DNA of 64,000 nt. Origin: Aplysia californica (Eukaryota). Below are positions 12,626 through 24,941 of this stretch, piece after piece. Position 1 is the first letter of the stretch. The number at the start of each line of letters is the position of its first letter. The position numbers and the translations under genes were made by a program. Where the stretch lies: NCBI RefSeq assembly GCF_000002075.1, contig NW_004797368.1, forward strand, positions 1,017,240 to 1,081,239, read 5' to 3'. The notes under the pieces are model-generated. The model did not search any database. It had not been told where the DNA came from and worked only from the letters and a program-made list of their open reading frames with translations.

Positions 12626-14617
12626 AGACCCCTGCTTCTCAATGTCACCCTTGGTGTCTTTGCTTCTCAAGCTGGAATCGCTGTCTCTTTTGCTGTTTAC
12701 GACCATATTTTTTTATAGGCGTTTCCCGTCTTTCTCAAGGCACTTTTTTAGTTTATTTGCGGTTGTCTCAGATTGGTGCCTGTTGTGATATATATATATA
12801 TATATATACTTGAATTCCAAGGCTTCCTTTTGAAAACAGTTCTGACGGACCACAGTGGAATTAGGCCTATCAATATCAACACAGGAGAGTTGTGACCATT
12901 CCGGTAGACCCCAGTGCCGCGAATTGACTCTTGGTGTGACCAATGGAGTTGAAGCACTCGTTAGCTATGTGTATAGACTTGGACGCGCATCTTCTTTTCC
13001 AAATTTCTGGTTGGGTAAGCTTTTCCATAAGATCTAATTGGTCGTACAAATTTTGCTACATCTTGTCTTATATGTACGTGCTTGCTCGGTGAAGATGGTA
13101 CTATGAATTTGAAGCCAGTGGGGCAGAGATTGTGTTAAGGGTTGTCGTCAGCGCTGATAAGGGAAAAAAATTCCACTGTAGAAAGAACTATCATCCCGCA
13201 TTTGCTGTTTTGGTTGTATGGTCTTTTAGATGAGTGGGATAAGTGTCGTGTTGTTCTTGTTTTTTCTTTCAATGTTCGGCTTCGTGAGTTTTTCGTTGGG
13301 GTCTTTGTTGTTAGTTGTTGGTGTTTTTTGGGTTGTCCAGGGTGTTCAACATACTTTCGCTTATGTGATTTATAGTCCAGCCATAGACCGAGACCTATTC
13401 GTCAGTGGAAAGTACGGTGTGTAAACGCTGTTCATCACTCTCTTTGTACGGCGTGAGGGGCACTCTCACCAAATATCCGGTTTTTTTTGGTAAATTCTAG
13501 GCTTGTCTTAAGCAGGCTGTGCAGGTTGTCGTGAAAATTTCCCCTTGTCAAGCTTAACTTGTCGGCATGTTTCGCGGATCGGAGCGTGCGTTTAGAGGGA
13601 GTGACCGTGCGTTTGTACGTCTAAATTATATAGTAAAAAAACCCGTCAGATGACGAAAGCGTGCGTTTAGGCGGAGACTACTGTACCGTACTGTTGTAGT
13701 ATACGTAGATCTTCATTATTCATCATNNNNNNNNNNNNNNNNNNNNNNNNNNNNNNNNNNNNNNNNNNNNNNNNNNNNNNNNNNNNNNNNNNNNNNNNNN
13801 NNNNNNNNNNNNNNNNNNNNNNNNNNNNNNNNNNNNNNNNNNNNNNNNNNNNNNNNNNNNCACGCCGGCTTAAAGCACATTTCGGACCCAAGCACGCTAA
13901 ACGGCTCTTACCGAATTTTTGCTACATGTATATAAATTACACGCCTTTAAGCACGGTAACTTCGGCTTCAGGCACGCTTCACTTACAAGACAGTCAATAC
14001 TTTTATGATGACCCATCGAAGTTTGAACACAGTCTACACCGCAGCAGTGAGTGTGTTAAGAGAGACACAGAGAACGCAAGTGATGGAGACACACTCACAC
14101 GGCGGAGAGGAAGGCAGAGAGATGCACACAGCCGCGCGCGTAGACATAGGATCTAGCCGAGGGCAAAGTTACTTTAGTTACACACAGACAAAAAAATACA
14201 AAGAGAGTCAGGGAGACGAGAAAGGGCGACTGGCTGCATTTTCACCTTTGACCCTCGCTATCCATAATCCTGATTGTGTATCACGCGCGAGGTGGGATGA
14301 ATGTGGCACAGCGGGTAGTGGTAGGCCTACTGTACGCACAGGCAGCGTGTAGGCCCAGTGTGCTGTATCGTGAAGGGCCGTCTAAATTAGGTTTTCATTT
14401 CCCATTCGGCCACAAAACAAAAACTACCATGGCGGGTAAAAATAAGAGTGCACACTTTTGCGGGATCGCTATAGGCCTACTTACAATACAAACAAAGGGA
14501 AATAGCACGGGAAATTTTCTACCAAAAAATCTCTGGATTATGTCTACTTCGCACTCAAGCACGCTTCGGATTTAAATATTTAAGCACACCTATGCTTTCT
14601 CCCGATGACCGTGCTTA

Positions 14618-14887
14618 NNNNNNNNNNNNNNNNNNNNNNNNNNNNNNNNNNNNNNNNNNNNNNNNNNNNNNNNNNNNNNNNNNNNNNNNNNNNNNNNNNN
14701 NNNNNNNNNNNNNNNNNNNNNNNNNNNNNNNNNNNNNNNNNNNNNNNNNNNNNNNNNNNNNNNNNNNNNNNNNNNNNNNNNNNNNNNNNNNNNNNNNNNN
14801 NNNNNNNNNNNNNNNNNNNNNNNNNNNNNNNNNNNNNNNNNNNNNNNNNNNNNNNNNNNNNNNNNNNNNNNNNNNNNNNNNNNNNNN
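14618..14887. other. Assembly gap (N run)
   Basis: N runs also at 1061-1160, 3537-3698, 13727-13860 and 55158-55257. Confidence 0.99.
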
Positions 14888-15236
14888 AAGGAGGAAAGTA
14901 GCGGGAACAGCTAGATGAAGCGGAGTTTCCGCTATTTAGCGGGAAAGTGGCAGCTATGATATATATAATTTTATGACCAACAGGCACTCGAAAATGACGC
15001 AGGTGGTGGTTGCTTACACTTACAAGAGAATTTTCCTCTGGGATAATAAAGTAATTGCTACCGGTACACGAAATATGATTCTTTCAATACTTTCATAAGT
15101 CATAAACCCATAAATATGAATACACACACATATGTATTCAATTTTAAAAATAACAAGTGTCCTTTTCTTGTCTTCTATGATTTGTAACTCGTCCATGTTA
15201 CTTTTTGTACATGTAACAAGCCCAAAATGTAATATT

Positions 15237-16445
15237 CGAAGGGCATAACAAAAGTTTTTTACCTGACCATGAAGGAATAAAGTAATAAAGGTAGAAAGCT
15301 GAAATTTGGTGCTAACATTAATGATAATCTATCTCTGTGCAGTTGCCTCCCACAGTTATACATTCTTGCCATCGGTGTATGGCCTTGAAAAGACCTTGTC
15401 AGAAAACCCGACCTTCGCCGCTTCACTTTGACGTCATCATCACTTTCAAAATGCCTTCCGTTTAAATCCTTTTTCAGTTTAGGGAATAAAAAAGAATCGG
15501 ACGGGGATCGTATGTCAATTTTCAAGATAATCTGTCTTAATCTCTCCTTCTACTTCTTGCCCCCCCCCCACTTTTCCACTTGATGATGATGGCTGCACCT
15601 TTACCTTCTTTGGTGTTGGAGACGAGGGCGATTTTACGGCATTTATGCAGATTTTGACTCAGGACCGTAGTGATGGACCTATGTCTCATCCATGGTGTTG
15701 CAAGTCTTTCAAAAAATTTAGTTTTATTCCTTACATACAGACAGACCAGAGGGGGTTTACAGTCCTCTCTGATACAGACCAAACAATTCTTGACAGTAAT
15801 CCACAAGTTGCACTTTTTGAGGAGTAAAAAAAAACCGGGGACCCATCTCACAGAGACCTTGGTCATATTCAAATGTTCATTTAAGATTTGTTCAAGTTCA
15901 ACTGATCCAATGCTAAGTCAAGTCTATTTGCTCAAACGTTTGACTGTCACCCGCCTATCAGACAACACATGTTCCTTGATTTTCAACAAATCCTTTTCTG
16001 ATTCAGTTGTAGCTGTCATAATTGAGTTTGAGTGACCATCACGGTGGTCATCTTCAATCAATGTCCATGAATCCACATTTGAATTTTTGACACCAATTTT
16101 TTTTTTTATCCCAGCATGGGATGGGCAGTCAGTTCCATTTTATATACGTATATATGGCATGCATCTCGGTAAAAATATTTTGTAGTTGCTTGCCTTGCAA
16201 GAGCAAAAACTTCTTTACTGCCCTGAGCTCAATTTTCATGTTGAAACTGGAGAACATACTCCCATTCACTTACACTACAGTGCGCTGGTGTTAAAACCAG
16301 TAACTGAGTGAAAATTCCCCAGAATTTACATGCATTCTAGGAAGTAGGCCTACCGGTAGGAAGATTGTTGGCTTTCACCACAAATTTCAGCTTTTTATCT
16401 TTATTCCTTTATGGTCAGGTAAAAAAACTTTTGGTATGCCCTTCG
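15237..16445 (-). mobile_element. Decayed mariner (Tc1/mariner) DNA transposon
   Basis: Inverted termini CGAAGGGCATAACAAAAGTTTTTTACCTGACCAT and ...GGTCAGGTAAAAAAACTTTTGGTATGCCCTTCG followed by TA. Broken transposase pieces MTKVSVRWVP (WVPHEL-type) and SPSDSFLFPKLKKDLNGRHFESDDDVK. Confidence 0.9.
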
Positions 16446-17149
16446 TATGGGTTAACCGGTTAAGTGTTGCTGATTGTTATTATATTTGTAATGTATTGTG
16501 TATGCTGACAAGTTTCTATTGAGATAAATCAACTGAGTCAGAAGTCAGAAGTGCCGCCTCTTCTAAACAACCTTTGTGATGAAAGGTGTGTTCCTCTAAA
16601 TTAATCTTGCCCCATAAAATTTCCTATTAAATATTCGTTGACGTCAGTGGTGCTCATCAAAATCTTTTTCTCGGGCCCAGCAATCTATTTCTTAACAAGT
16701 CCCAGCAGGTAAGTTGAGATCCAGATGAGTCGATCTTATTTCACACCCCCAACATCAACTCTTCCGGAGCAGTGTGATCATAGTATTCTGTTTCAATTTC
16801 AAGACAGATGGGGACAATTAAAATAGTATATTGTGATTCGTAGGATTCATGCCGCTTAGAATTACCGGTAGAAGTTAGTGTTCCGGTATGACAACACAAA
16901 AGGGCATATTAAAAAGGGAGAGAAGGAACAGGAACCATAACCAGCCACTGGAAGAGTGAACTGCAAGTGCACGTCCAAACTGAACTTATTCTCTACATGT
17001 ACAAATCAAATTTAGGGACACAGAAGAACCTGCGAACAACCACATATATCCAGATGACCATGTTCACCCTAGCACTCTTTTTGGACATTTAACTTAAGAT
17101 ACCGCTCAAGGTGGTCACATTTCTTCGACAATATGTTTTTTAGTTTTAG

Positions 17150-17700
17150 TACTTTTACTTTTAGTAGAGGTTTTACGGCGCTCGCAACTGCATAAGGTCA
17201 ATTGAGCGCCAGAAGATTAGGGTAGGTGTTACAAGAGAGTAACAAACATAAAAAAGGAGGGGAGATTAGGACGATAGATGCTGGATAGGAAAGAAGAAGC
17301 AAACCACACCAGAGCACCAGCCAACCACCCACGACAATGAGTACAAGTCTCTTTTAGAGTTTTACTGCACTTGCAACACAATAAGGTCATATAAGTGCCG
17401 AAGATTAGAGGTGTTACTGTACAAGAGAGTAACAAACACAAAAAAGAGCAGAGATAAGGATGATAAAATGTAGATGTTTGAATGATAGGAAAGAAGAAGC
17501 AAACCACACCAGTGCACCCTTTGGAAAGGGTCGACTTCATTTTAATAGTAGAAACTACTTTATGTCACTCACAACATAATGTCTTTCAAGTGCAGAAGAT
17601 TAGACGTTTTACAAGAGAGTAAAACACATAAAAGGAAGAGGACAAAGAACGATAGTGTTTGAAATAAAAAAGAAAAAAGATCCAGAGCACCCCCCCGACC
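17150..17700 (-). repeat. Three head-to-tail copies of an abundant ~160-bp retroposon 3'-end family
   Basis: Unit TAGTAGAGGTTTTACGGC...TAAGGTCATAT...GTTACAAGAGAG...GCAAACCACACCAGAGCACC. Further copies near 236, 1180, 2050, 2325, 18050, 20120, 20635 and 54980, and in opposite orientation at 43820 and 49500. Confidence 0.85.
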
Positions 17701-18592
17701 GGGTTGGACTTCCAAGGAAATAAAAAGACATACCAACATTCAAACCATATTTAGTACGGGTAAGACAACCAGATACTTCCTTCAGAAAAGTAGGGGACTT
17801 CCTGGTGCCTCCACCTTATCCGAACACCCAAACTCATCTGGTACCAGCAGTGGTGGGTGAACAAATTGCTAACACCCCCCCCCCCCCCCCCCCATCTGCA
17901 GGTTTGTGCAGACCAGACCCACATCTCAGGGGTTAGGTGCTTTACCACAGCACGTAAAAGACCCGAGTCTAATTCCCGCGAGAGGGGATTTTTTTTATTA
18001 CAAGTATCGAGTTCTTTCTGCTGAAATGTCCCCAAGCTCAGGTCGTTTTTGATTTTGTAAGTGTTTTACGGCGCTCGCAACTGCATAAGGTCATATGAGC
18101 GCCAGAAGATTAGAAGTGTTACAAGAGAGTAACGAACATAAAAAGAAGAAGCGGAGATAAGGAGGATAGAAGTCTCATAGGAAAGAAGAAGCAAACCATA
18201 CCAGAGTACCCGCCAACCACTCACAGCTCAGGTTGAAGCCAGCCCCCTAAATGATATAAACTGTGTTTATGGGGACGTAAAAACATCCACATCATTGCAT
18301 GTCTTTGAAAATAATCAACAACTCCTCACACATTCCTTTGCCACACCGAGGGTCAGAAACCAGACAGATGCAGTATCATGCACTCAACAGTATTATAAAA
18401 AGTGCAGGGCCACACAGTAGTCTCAGCCTTCATTAGAAGACCACCATGTAGATTCAGACAGACAAAATGGACGGATGGGGGGAGAGAGAAAAGACAGAAC
18501 CAAAACACACCAGACAAAAGACAACCACAGGACACACAGAAGATCAGGGGGAAAGATATAAAAGACAATATTCAGTGTGGTAGTTTTCAATA

Positions 18593-18598
18593 TTTATT
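18593..18598 (-). terminator. RPS18 polyadenylation signal AATAAA
   Basis: Plus-strand TTTATT about 15 nt past the RPS18 stop codon. Confidence 0.75.
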
Positions 18599-18613
18599 TC
18601 CTCATGTGTCCAT

Positions 18614-21600
18614 TTACTTCTTCTTGGCCACACCAACGGTTCTTCCTCTACGTCCAGTGGTCTTGGTGTGTTGACCTCTCACACGCAGACTGAAAAAAAA
18701 AAGCACAAGACAATGTACTACATCAGTAAAAAGCCAATTTTACATCTCAAGTGCCAACTTGCAAAGCTTCCATATATCAAATCAAAACAAATATAAGCCA
18801 AATATACCACGAAAACAGGAAAGAAATTTTCTAACTAAAGAGAGAGAAAGGAGAGAGTGAAACCATCAGCAGAGGAAACATCTTCAAAGGCCTGTTTAGA
18901 AATTGGTAATAATGCAACAATTAGTCTAACTAAGAGCAAACAGATGTGTGCAAAAGCATGTTGTCTCCATCCGAATCAACAAGCCAAGTAGCGACCTGAT
19001 GGTGTAAAGGAAGACATTTACTGTAGCTGTCTTGATTATGGCATTGACCTGTACAGACAATGCTTTACATGCAGAGACAGCATGACATTTAAGAAACGTT
19101 CCCAACACCTGAATATTCGAGAATATACAGACAGAATAGGATTGTAACAAGTAAGCTTAAGAGACATACAAAATATAAATGTAACATGATCTGGTGGCAC
19201 CAGGCTCTCATTAATTTTTGGTCACACAGGGTTATCGGCAGCACCTCAAAGCCTGTTCATTTTCATGGCATTTAGTTTTAGTAAGACTTTTACGGCACTT
19301 GCAATACAATAAGGTCATACAGCAGAACTCTGATTCAACGAGGTCGCCGGGCCTGACCTAAAATCTCATTGAATCGGAGTGTTCGTTATAGCAAACATGA
19401 GGCTTTGAGTCAATAATTAAGGGCATTGAGCAAGTAATGTATAAAGAGAAGTCACAAGTAGTGCCTGGAAGGCCTGCATATTATGAGATAAACAAACAAA
19501 CAAACCCAATTCGTTCAAATGAACACGCCTGTACAATCTCGATTGTTTACCAAAAAGTTGTGTTGCTGTGTAGAGCCTAGCGTACGGCAACTCTTGATTC
19601 CATAGACCAGCGCACAATTCATGATGTAGATCTACGCAAAGACTAGCTTATCATTGTAATAATGATCAGTTGCAGAGGGAAAAAAACAATAAACCGACAC
19701 GTTTGTATCTGTAACGTTTAACGCCCTGACGGCTAGTGCCCCCCCCACCCACAAGTGTGCAGGCCGCCCCATCCGACCCCAACACAAGCCAGAGTAGACG
19801 TGTGCGTGTGCCAACAACGCATGAGTTGGTATGAAAAAAAAAAGGCCCCTGATTGGTCGCATGCAATCAGTTAAGTGAATAATGTTTCACGATGCAGGTA
19901 TAATGGATGGTTTCCGGGTATAAATAAAGTTTGTTCTGGAAGTAACATGAGCGAAGCCACGTCTGCAGGGGCTGTTCACCCTGGAAAGGACCTTTATTGA
20001 ACCCGAGCTTGCTAATTTCAGTGTTCGTTGAATCCGCGATATTTTTGTATATATATATATTATTTTTAAAAATAAAAAATATGGGGGAATCTATCTCATC
20101 AAATGTCCCACTGTGTAAGTGTCGAAGATAAGAGGTTACAAGAGAGTAACAAACATAAAAAAGGAGGAGGAGAGATCAGGACGATAGATGTTTGATATGA
20201 AGGAGCAAACCACACCCGAGCACCCGAAACTATTTATACGTCACAGACAGGAAACCTCTTCAAAGGGCTGTTTAGAAATTGGGAAAAGGCAACGATTATT
20301 CTAAGACTACTAAGAGCAAACAGATGTGTACAAAAACGTGTTGTCTCCATCCGAATCAACAAGCCAAGAAGCGACCTGATGGTGTAAAGGAAGACATTTA
20401 CTGTAGCTGTCTTGATTATGGCATTGACCTGTACAGACAATGCTTCACATGCAGAGACAGCATGACATTTAAAAAACGATCCCAACATCTCAACATTCGA
20501 GAATATACTGACAGAATGGGATTGTAACAAGTAAGCTCAAGGGACATACGAAATATAAAGGGGGCACAATGTAGTGGAACCAGGTTCTCGTTGATTTTTG
20601 GAACTATCTCAAAGCCTGTCAATTTGCCTTGCTTTTAGTTTTAGTAAGAGTACAACGGCACTCGAAACACAATAAGGTCATATAAGTGCTGAAGACTTGA
20701 GGAGTTACAAGAGAGTAATAAACATAAAAAAGGAGAGACCAGGACGATAGATATTTGATAGAAAAGGAGCAAATCACACCAGAGCACCCGCCAACCACCC
20801 ACGCCTCGCTTTTGAAGAAAAAATTTTCTTTTAAAAACGTAATAAGTCGATATATTTACGACAGAAGCATGTGAGGGTAGCCTAGTTTCAGAGACAAAAT
20901 GGCAGCCAAAGTTCGGTAACTCCCATACCCAGAGAGTCCCTGAAAACTGCCCCCCCCCCCCCCCGCAAGTGATTGCAGGCAGGTATGGGTGTAATGAGTT
21001 AAGGAATGTAAGTTGTCACAGGATCCTCAGTGCAGACTTGAAACCACACCAAGAGTTTTAAACAAAGTTAGTTTCTGTAGCCCTTGATAAAAAAAAACCA
21101 CAAAGACAATGTATAATGCCAGTGTGGTTGTGAGCCAGGCTGGAGAAGGAAGCAATTGCATTTATAATAGTATTAGTATACAGTCAAGATTTTACCACCA
21201 GAAAGACAACTATACCCCTTACAAACTGCTCCACTTAAAAAAAAAAAAAAAAAAAGCATGTTTCTAAACAATGTATCTCATCAGTTCACAAGACATGATG
21301 TCAGACCTTTGCAACCCAAGTATCAAATATAACATCAAGTGGTGACTGCGCATTACATTTTCATTCATCTCACAAAACACAACCGAATCCCCCGAACAAC
21401 AGAATGATAAATCTTACCCCCAGTAATGACGCAGACCCCTATGGGCACGGATTTTCTTCAAACGCTCCAAATCCTCACGGAGCTTGTTGTCCAGACTGTT
21501 ACTCAGGACCTGGCTGAAGCGGCCATCCTTGATGTCCTTCTGTCTGTTGAGGAACCAGTCAGGGATCTTGTACTGGCGGGGGTTGGTCATCACAGTGATG

Positions 21601-24600
21601 ATCCTCTCCACCTATCCATACAGGGGAGAAAAAAAAGTGATAGAGCAAAATCCAAACCTTGAGGAAAACACTGAAAATGGACAGGCAAAACCTTCAGGAG
21701 ACTAACAAGAACAAATCAACATGAGCTTTCAAAAGCCCATAGTAGTACGTAGTGAATCTATCCCCATATTGACCTTTACATCCAAATAGATATTCACGAT
21801 CGCTTGCAACTACGCGGTGGCCATTCATGCAGCGAACACCCCCCCATATGGAAATTTTGCGGGAAAAGGGAAAGAGAGGCTGCATACTATAAAGAATGTT
21901 TACAGACCCGCACTTATGCTGTGCTGATCGTGTCAATCACTATGCAGTATTTGATTGGCACGATCTCCTGTTCTGTCTCACATTGTCTTACAAAAACTAG
22001 TTATTCCACTGGTCATTTTTTTGCACCCTTAGCAACTGAAATATGACAGATCACCACAAGGAGTCACTCAAAAGCTTGAAGCCCCCTGTTCCAACTTGCA
22101 TCTCACAACAAACGTTAATTGGGGGGGGGGAAAGAAAGAGAAACACAAACAGCAACAACAGTAGTTTTACCACATTCTTACCTCCTCTTCACTCAGTTCA
22201 CCAGCCCTTTTTGTGGTATCCACATTGGCCTTTTTGCAGACAACGAAGGCAAATCTGCGACCAACACCCTGCGAAATTAACCGAAAAAATTATTGGCAAA
22301 AATATTTCCTCACAGAAAAAAAGAAAAGAAAAAGAATACATTGATTAAATTTTTGGAACCCAAAAACCTAGTATGTACCATACCGCCAGTATTGGACCAA
22401 CAGAACCCAAAACCTATTTTTATAAAGTAGAAGTTTTACAGGGCTCGCAACTGCATAAGGTCATATGAGCGCCAAGGGGTGGATGTCAACAGACAAGTCC
22501 CTACAGGGAATAATACTCTGCTCACCTCTCTAGCTTCAACAGCACAAAGTCTGCTTCGACTATCAAGGCACCATGGAAATAACAGTTCACAAGAGTGTGA
22601 CAAATATGAGCATGACATTGATGAATCAGCCCATTTATTATTCTATTGTGCATAAGAACTTGTTAATGTCCCCCCTTTGGAAATGCCCTAAAGACACTTC
22701 GGTAAGTAGCACCACCGAGAGTGAGTGTGTGTGTGTATAACACAGATCATTCTGTTAAACAAGATAATGTACCATAACCATAAAATGTATTTCCAATATC
22801 TGTAGTATACTGGGGTAATCTTGATAAAGTTGAACCAGTATGGTGTTAGCAGAGACAGATAATCACTTAACCTGACAAAAGGTCATTTCCTATGTTCTGG
22901 AAGTCAAAAAATGACCATTTTTACGTCACAAAGTGTCACTGAAAACATGACACGTCTATCTAGGCTACACATTTATCACAGGAAAAAATTTAAAACAAAC
23001 CACTCTACATATGAAATAACTTTGGTTTGTTTTTTTTTTCAAAAATGCTATAAAAGCATTATAATGTTGAAGGGCATTTACATTCCCCAATCTAACAAAG
23101 CTAATCAAGCTCAGAATATTATGGACAGAAACAAATCACACAAGCAGGGGATCAAAACTGCACCAATTTCTCTCTTGTGGTATGCATACTTGCCAGCACC
23201 AGTGAATTTTAACACATTACACCCCAACTCGCCCGTGAATTTCCTTTTATGCGCTCCACCCTAACTCGCCCGCGCCAACATAGCGCCGTTACAAACGAAG
23301 TCTCGCCATGACGAGACTCTAAGGCCGAGATTTTGATACGCAGTTATTGCAAAATGTTTTTTCTTCCGTTTGATACTGAAATGTTCGAGCCAGTTTTTAG
23401 TATCAGAGCCGATCGAAGAGAGATTGCGTTCCCGACTCTTCGAAGGTGTTGACTTGTTGAAAATTGACACAACTGAGTTTTAAAAAGGAAATAACTATGG
23501 GTTTGAGCAAAAATAAGCATATGACAAAAATGAATCAGATTTTGGTGAAAACATTTTAGCAAGAGTATGGGGCGCTTCAGATTGATTAGACATAAATTGT
23601 AGATCTAGGTCCTAACCGCGAGGCTGAGCGTGATGGGTCCGACCCCCCGATTGAACTAAGAACATTTTCCAACAGTTTGTGCATACATAAAGTTATATTT
23701 TTCTGATACTACATTCATTTTTCTTTGTGACTTATTTTTTCAGGATTTTTTTGAATTTAGTATTTCTAAAATGTGGATTTTAAACACTTATGGGTTCCTT
23801 TCCCTTGCTTAGGATCAAACAATGGGCTTCCCGTCCAGACCCTTAGGGTGTAATGTGTTAAAACCTTTTTTTTAATAGGACATGCTTTGTACACATTGGT
23901 ACATCTTGTGTGCATAATCATGACGGACTAGATATTCCAATACGGCATCAAATGAGTTTAAATAAAAATAAAAGATAAACCGTACAGCGCATAGAGAGCT
24001 TCGTGTTGAGTGGGAATGTGTAAAATACAAATCATAATTTATCAAATAAAAAGGCTGCGGTTATTCGTACAATAGTCAGACCAACCGTAGTTAGTTGTCC
24101 GTACAATAGTGCGAACAACTGTATTTAGTTGTCCGAACAATTGTGCTGTGCGAATAACTAGTTATCCGTACAATTATTCGAATTGGTTGTTGGTGAGCTT
24201 ACATATTTTGCCTAGATCTAGTTGTAGGTTCTAGTGGTGGGCAAGGACTTACATTTTGAAGAACTAGACAAGCGGGTTAACCATTTATTGAAAACTGGTT
24301 CTGACTTGGACCTGACTTAGATTTGAGCGCCCCCCCCCATCTATGTATACACCGCCTCGCCTCCGCCCCACATCTGCTAAATACGTAACCTAATTTGGGT
24401 CTAGATCTTGCAGAGAGACTTGGATTTGGCTGAGCCAGCCTCCTCATCTCACAACACTGCTCTTCCACCTCGCCACTTCTTTCTGCGTTATCCTCTCCCA
24501 ACCGCACTTCGTCCACTAGGAAAGTGGGCAGAGTTCTATCCAGATTACAATCCCGTAAACTTAAATAGGTTAAGCCACAGGCAGGAACTGGATACCCAAC

Positions 24601-24902
24601 TTATAATCCGGGTTTCCGCAAAGCACTAGAGGTTCGTTCGCAACTGTGACCGGTCAGTGAACATGCTCGCATCATAACTTAACCACCACTTTATCAAAAT
24701 TTAAATCAGCACTTAAAACGCATGTTTCAGTCCAGCTTCAATCTGTAATTTCCGACATTCCCAATACAAATATTATTAGTTCTCTCAGTATCGTTTATTC
24801 ATGCTGTTCTGTTCTGCAAGAATTTATGACTGTGTGAATTCATTAATGAGAGCGAGGGTGTCTGGGTTAACTTTGTGGGATTGTCTTTACTCAAGGATGT
24901 AC

Positions 24903-24941
<39 letters not shown>

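Noticed and set aside
14580-14987. ORFs spanning N runs (also near 1050, 3470, 13667 and 55099)
   Set aside because: They are open only because of assembly gaps.
18926-20530. Duplicated short ORFs MLQS(Y/H)SV... as a peptide gene
   Set aside because: They use non-ATG starts and have different stops; the conservation pattern fits the H/ACA RNA structure better than codons.
21295-21375. Box C/D snoRNA in RPS18 intron 4 (minus strand ATGAATGA...CTGA)
   Set aside because: The C box is non-canonical, the terminal stem is weak and I could not match a guide to rRNA; a chance match is likely.
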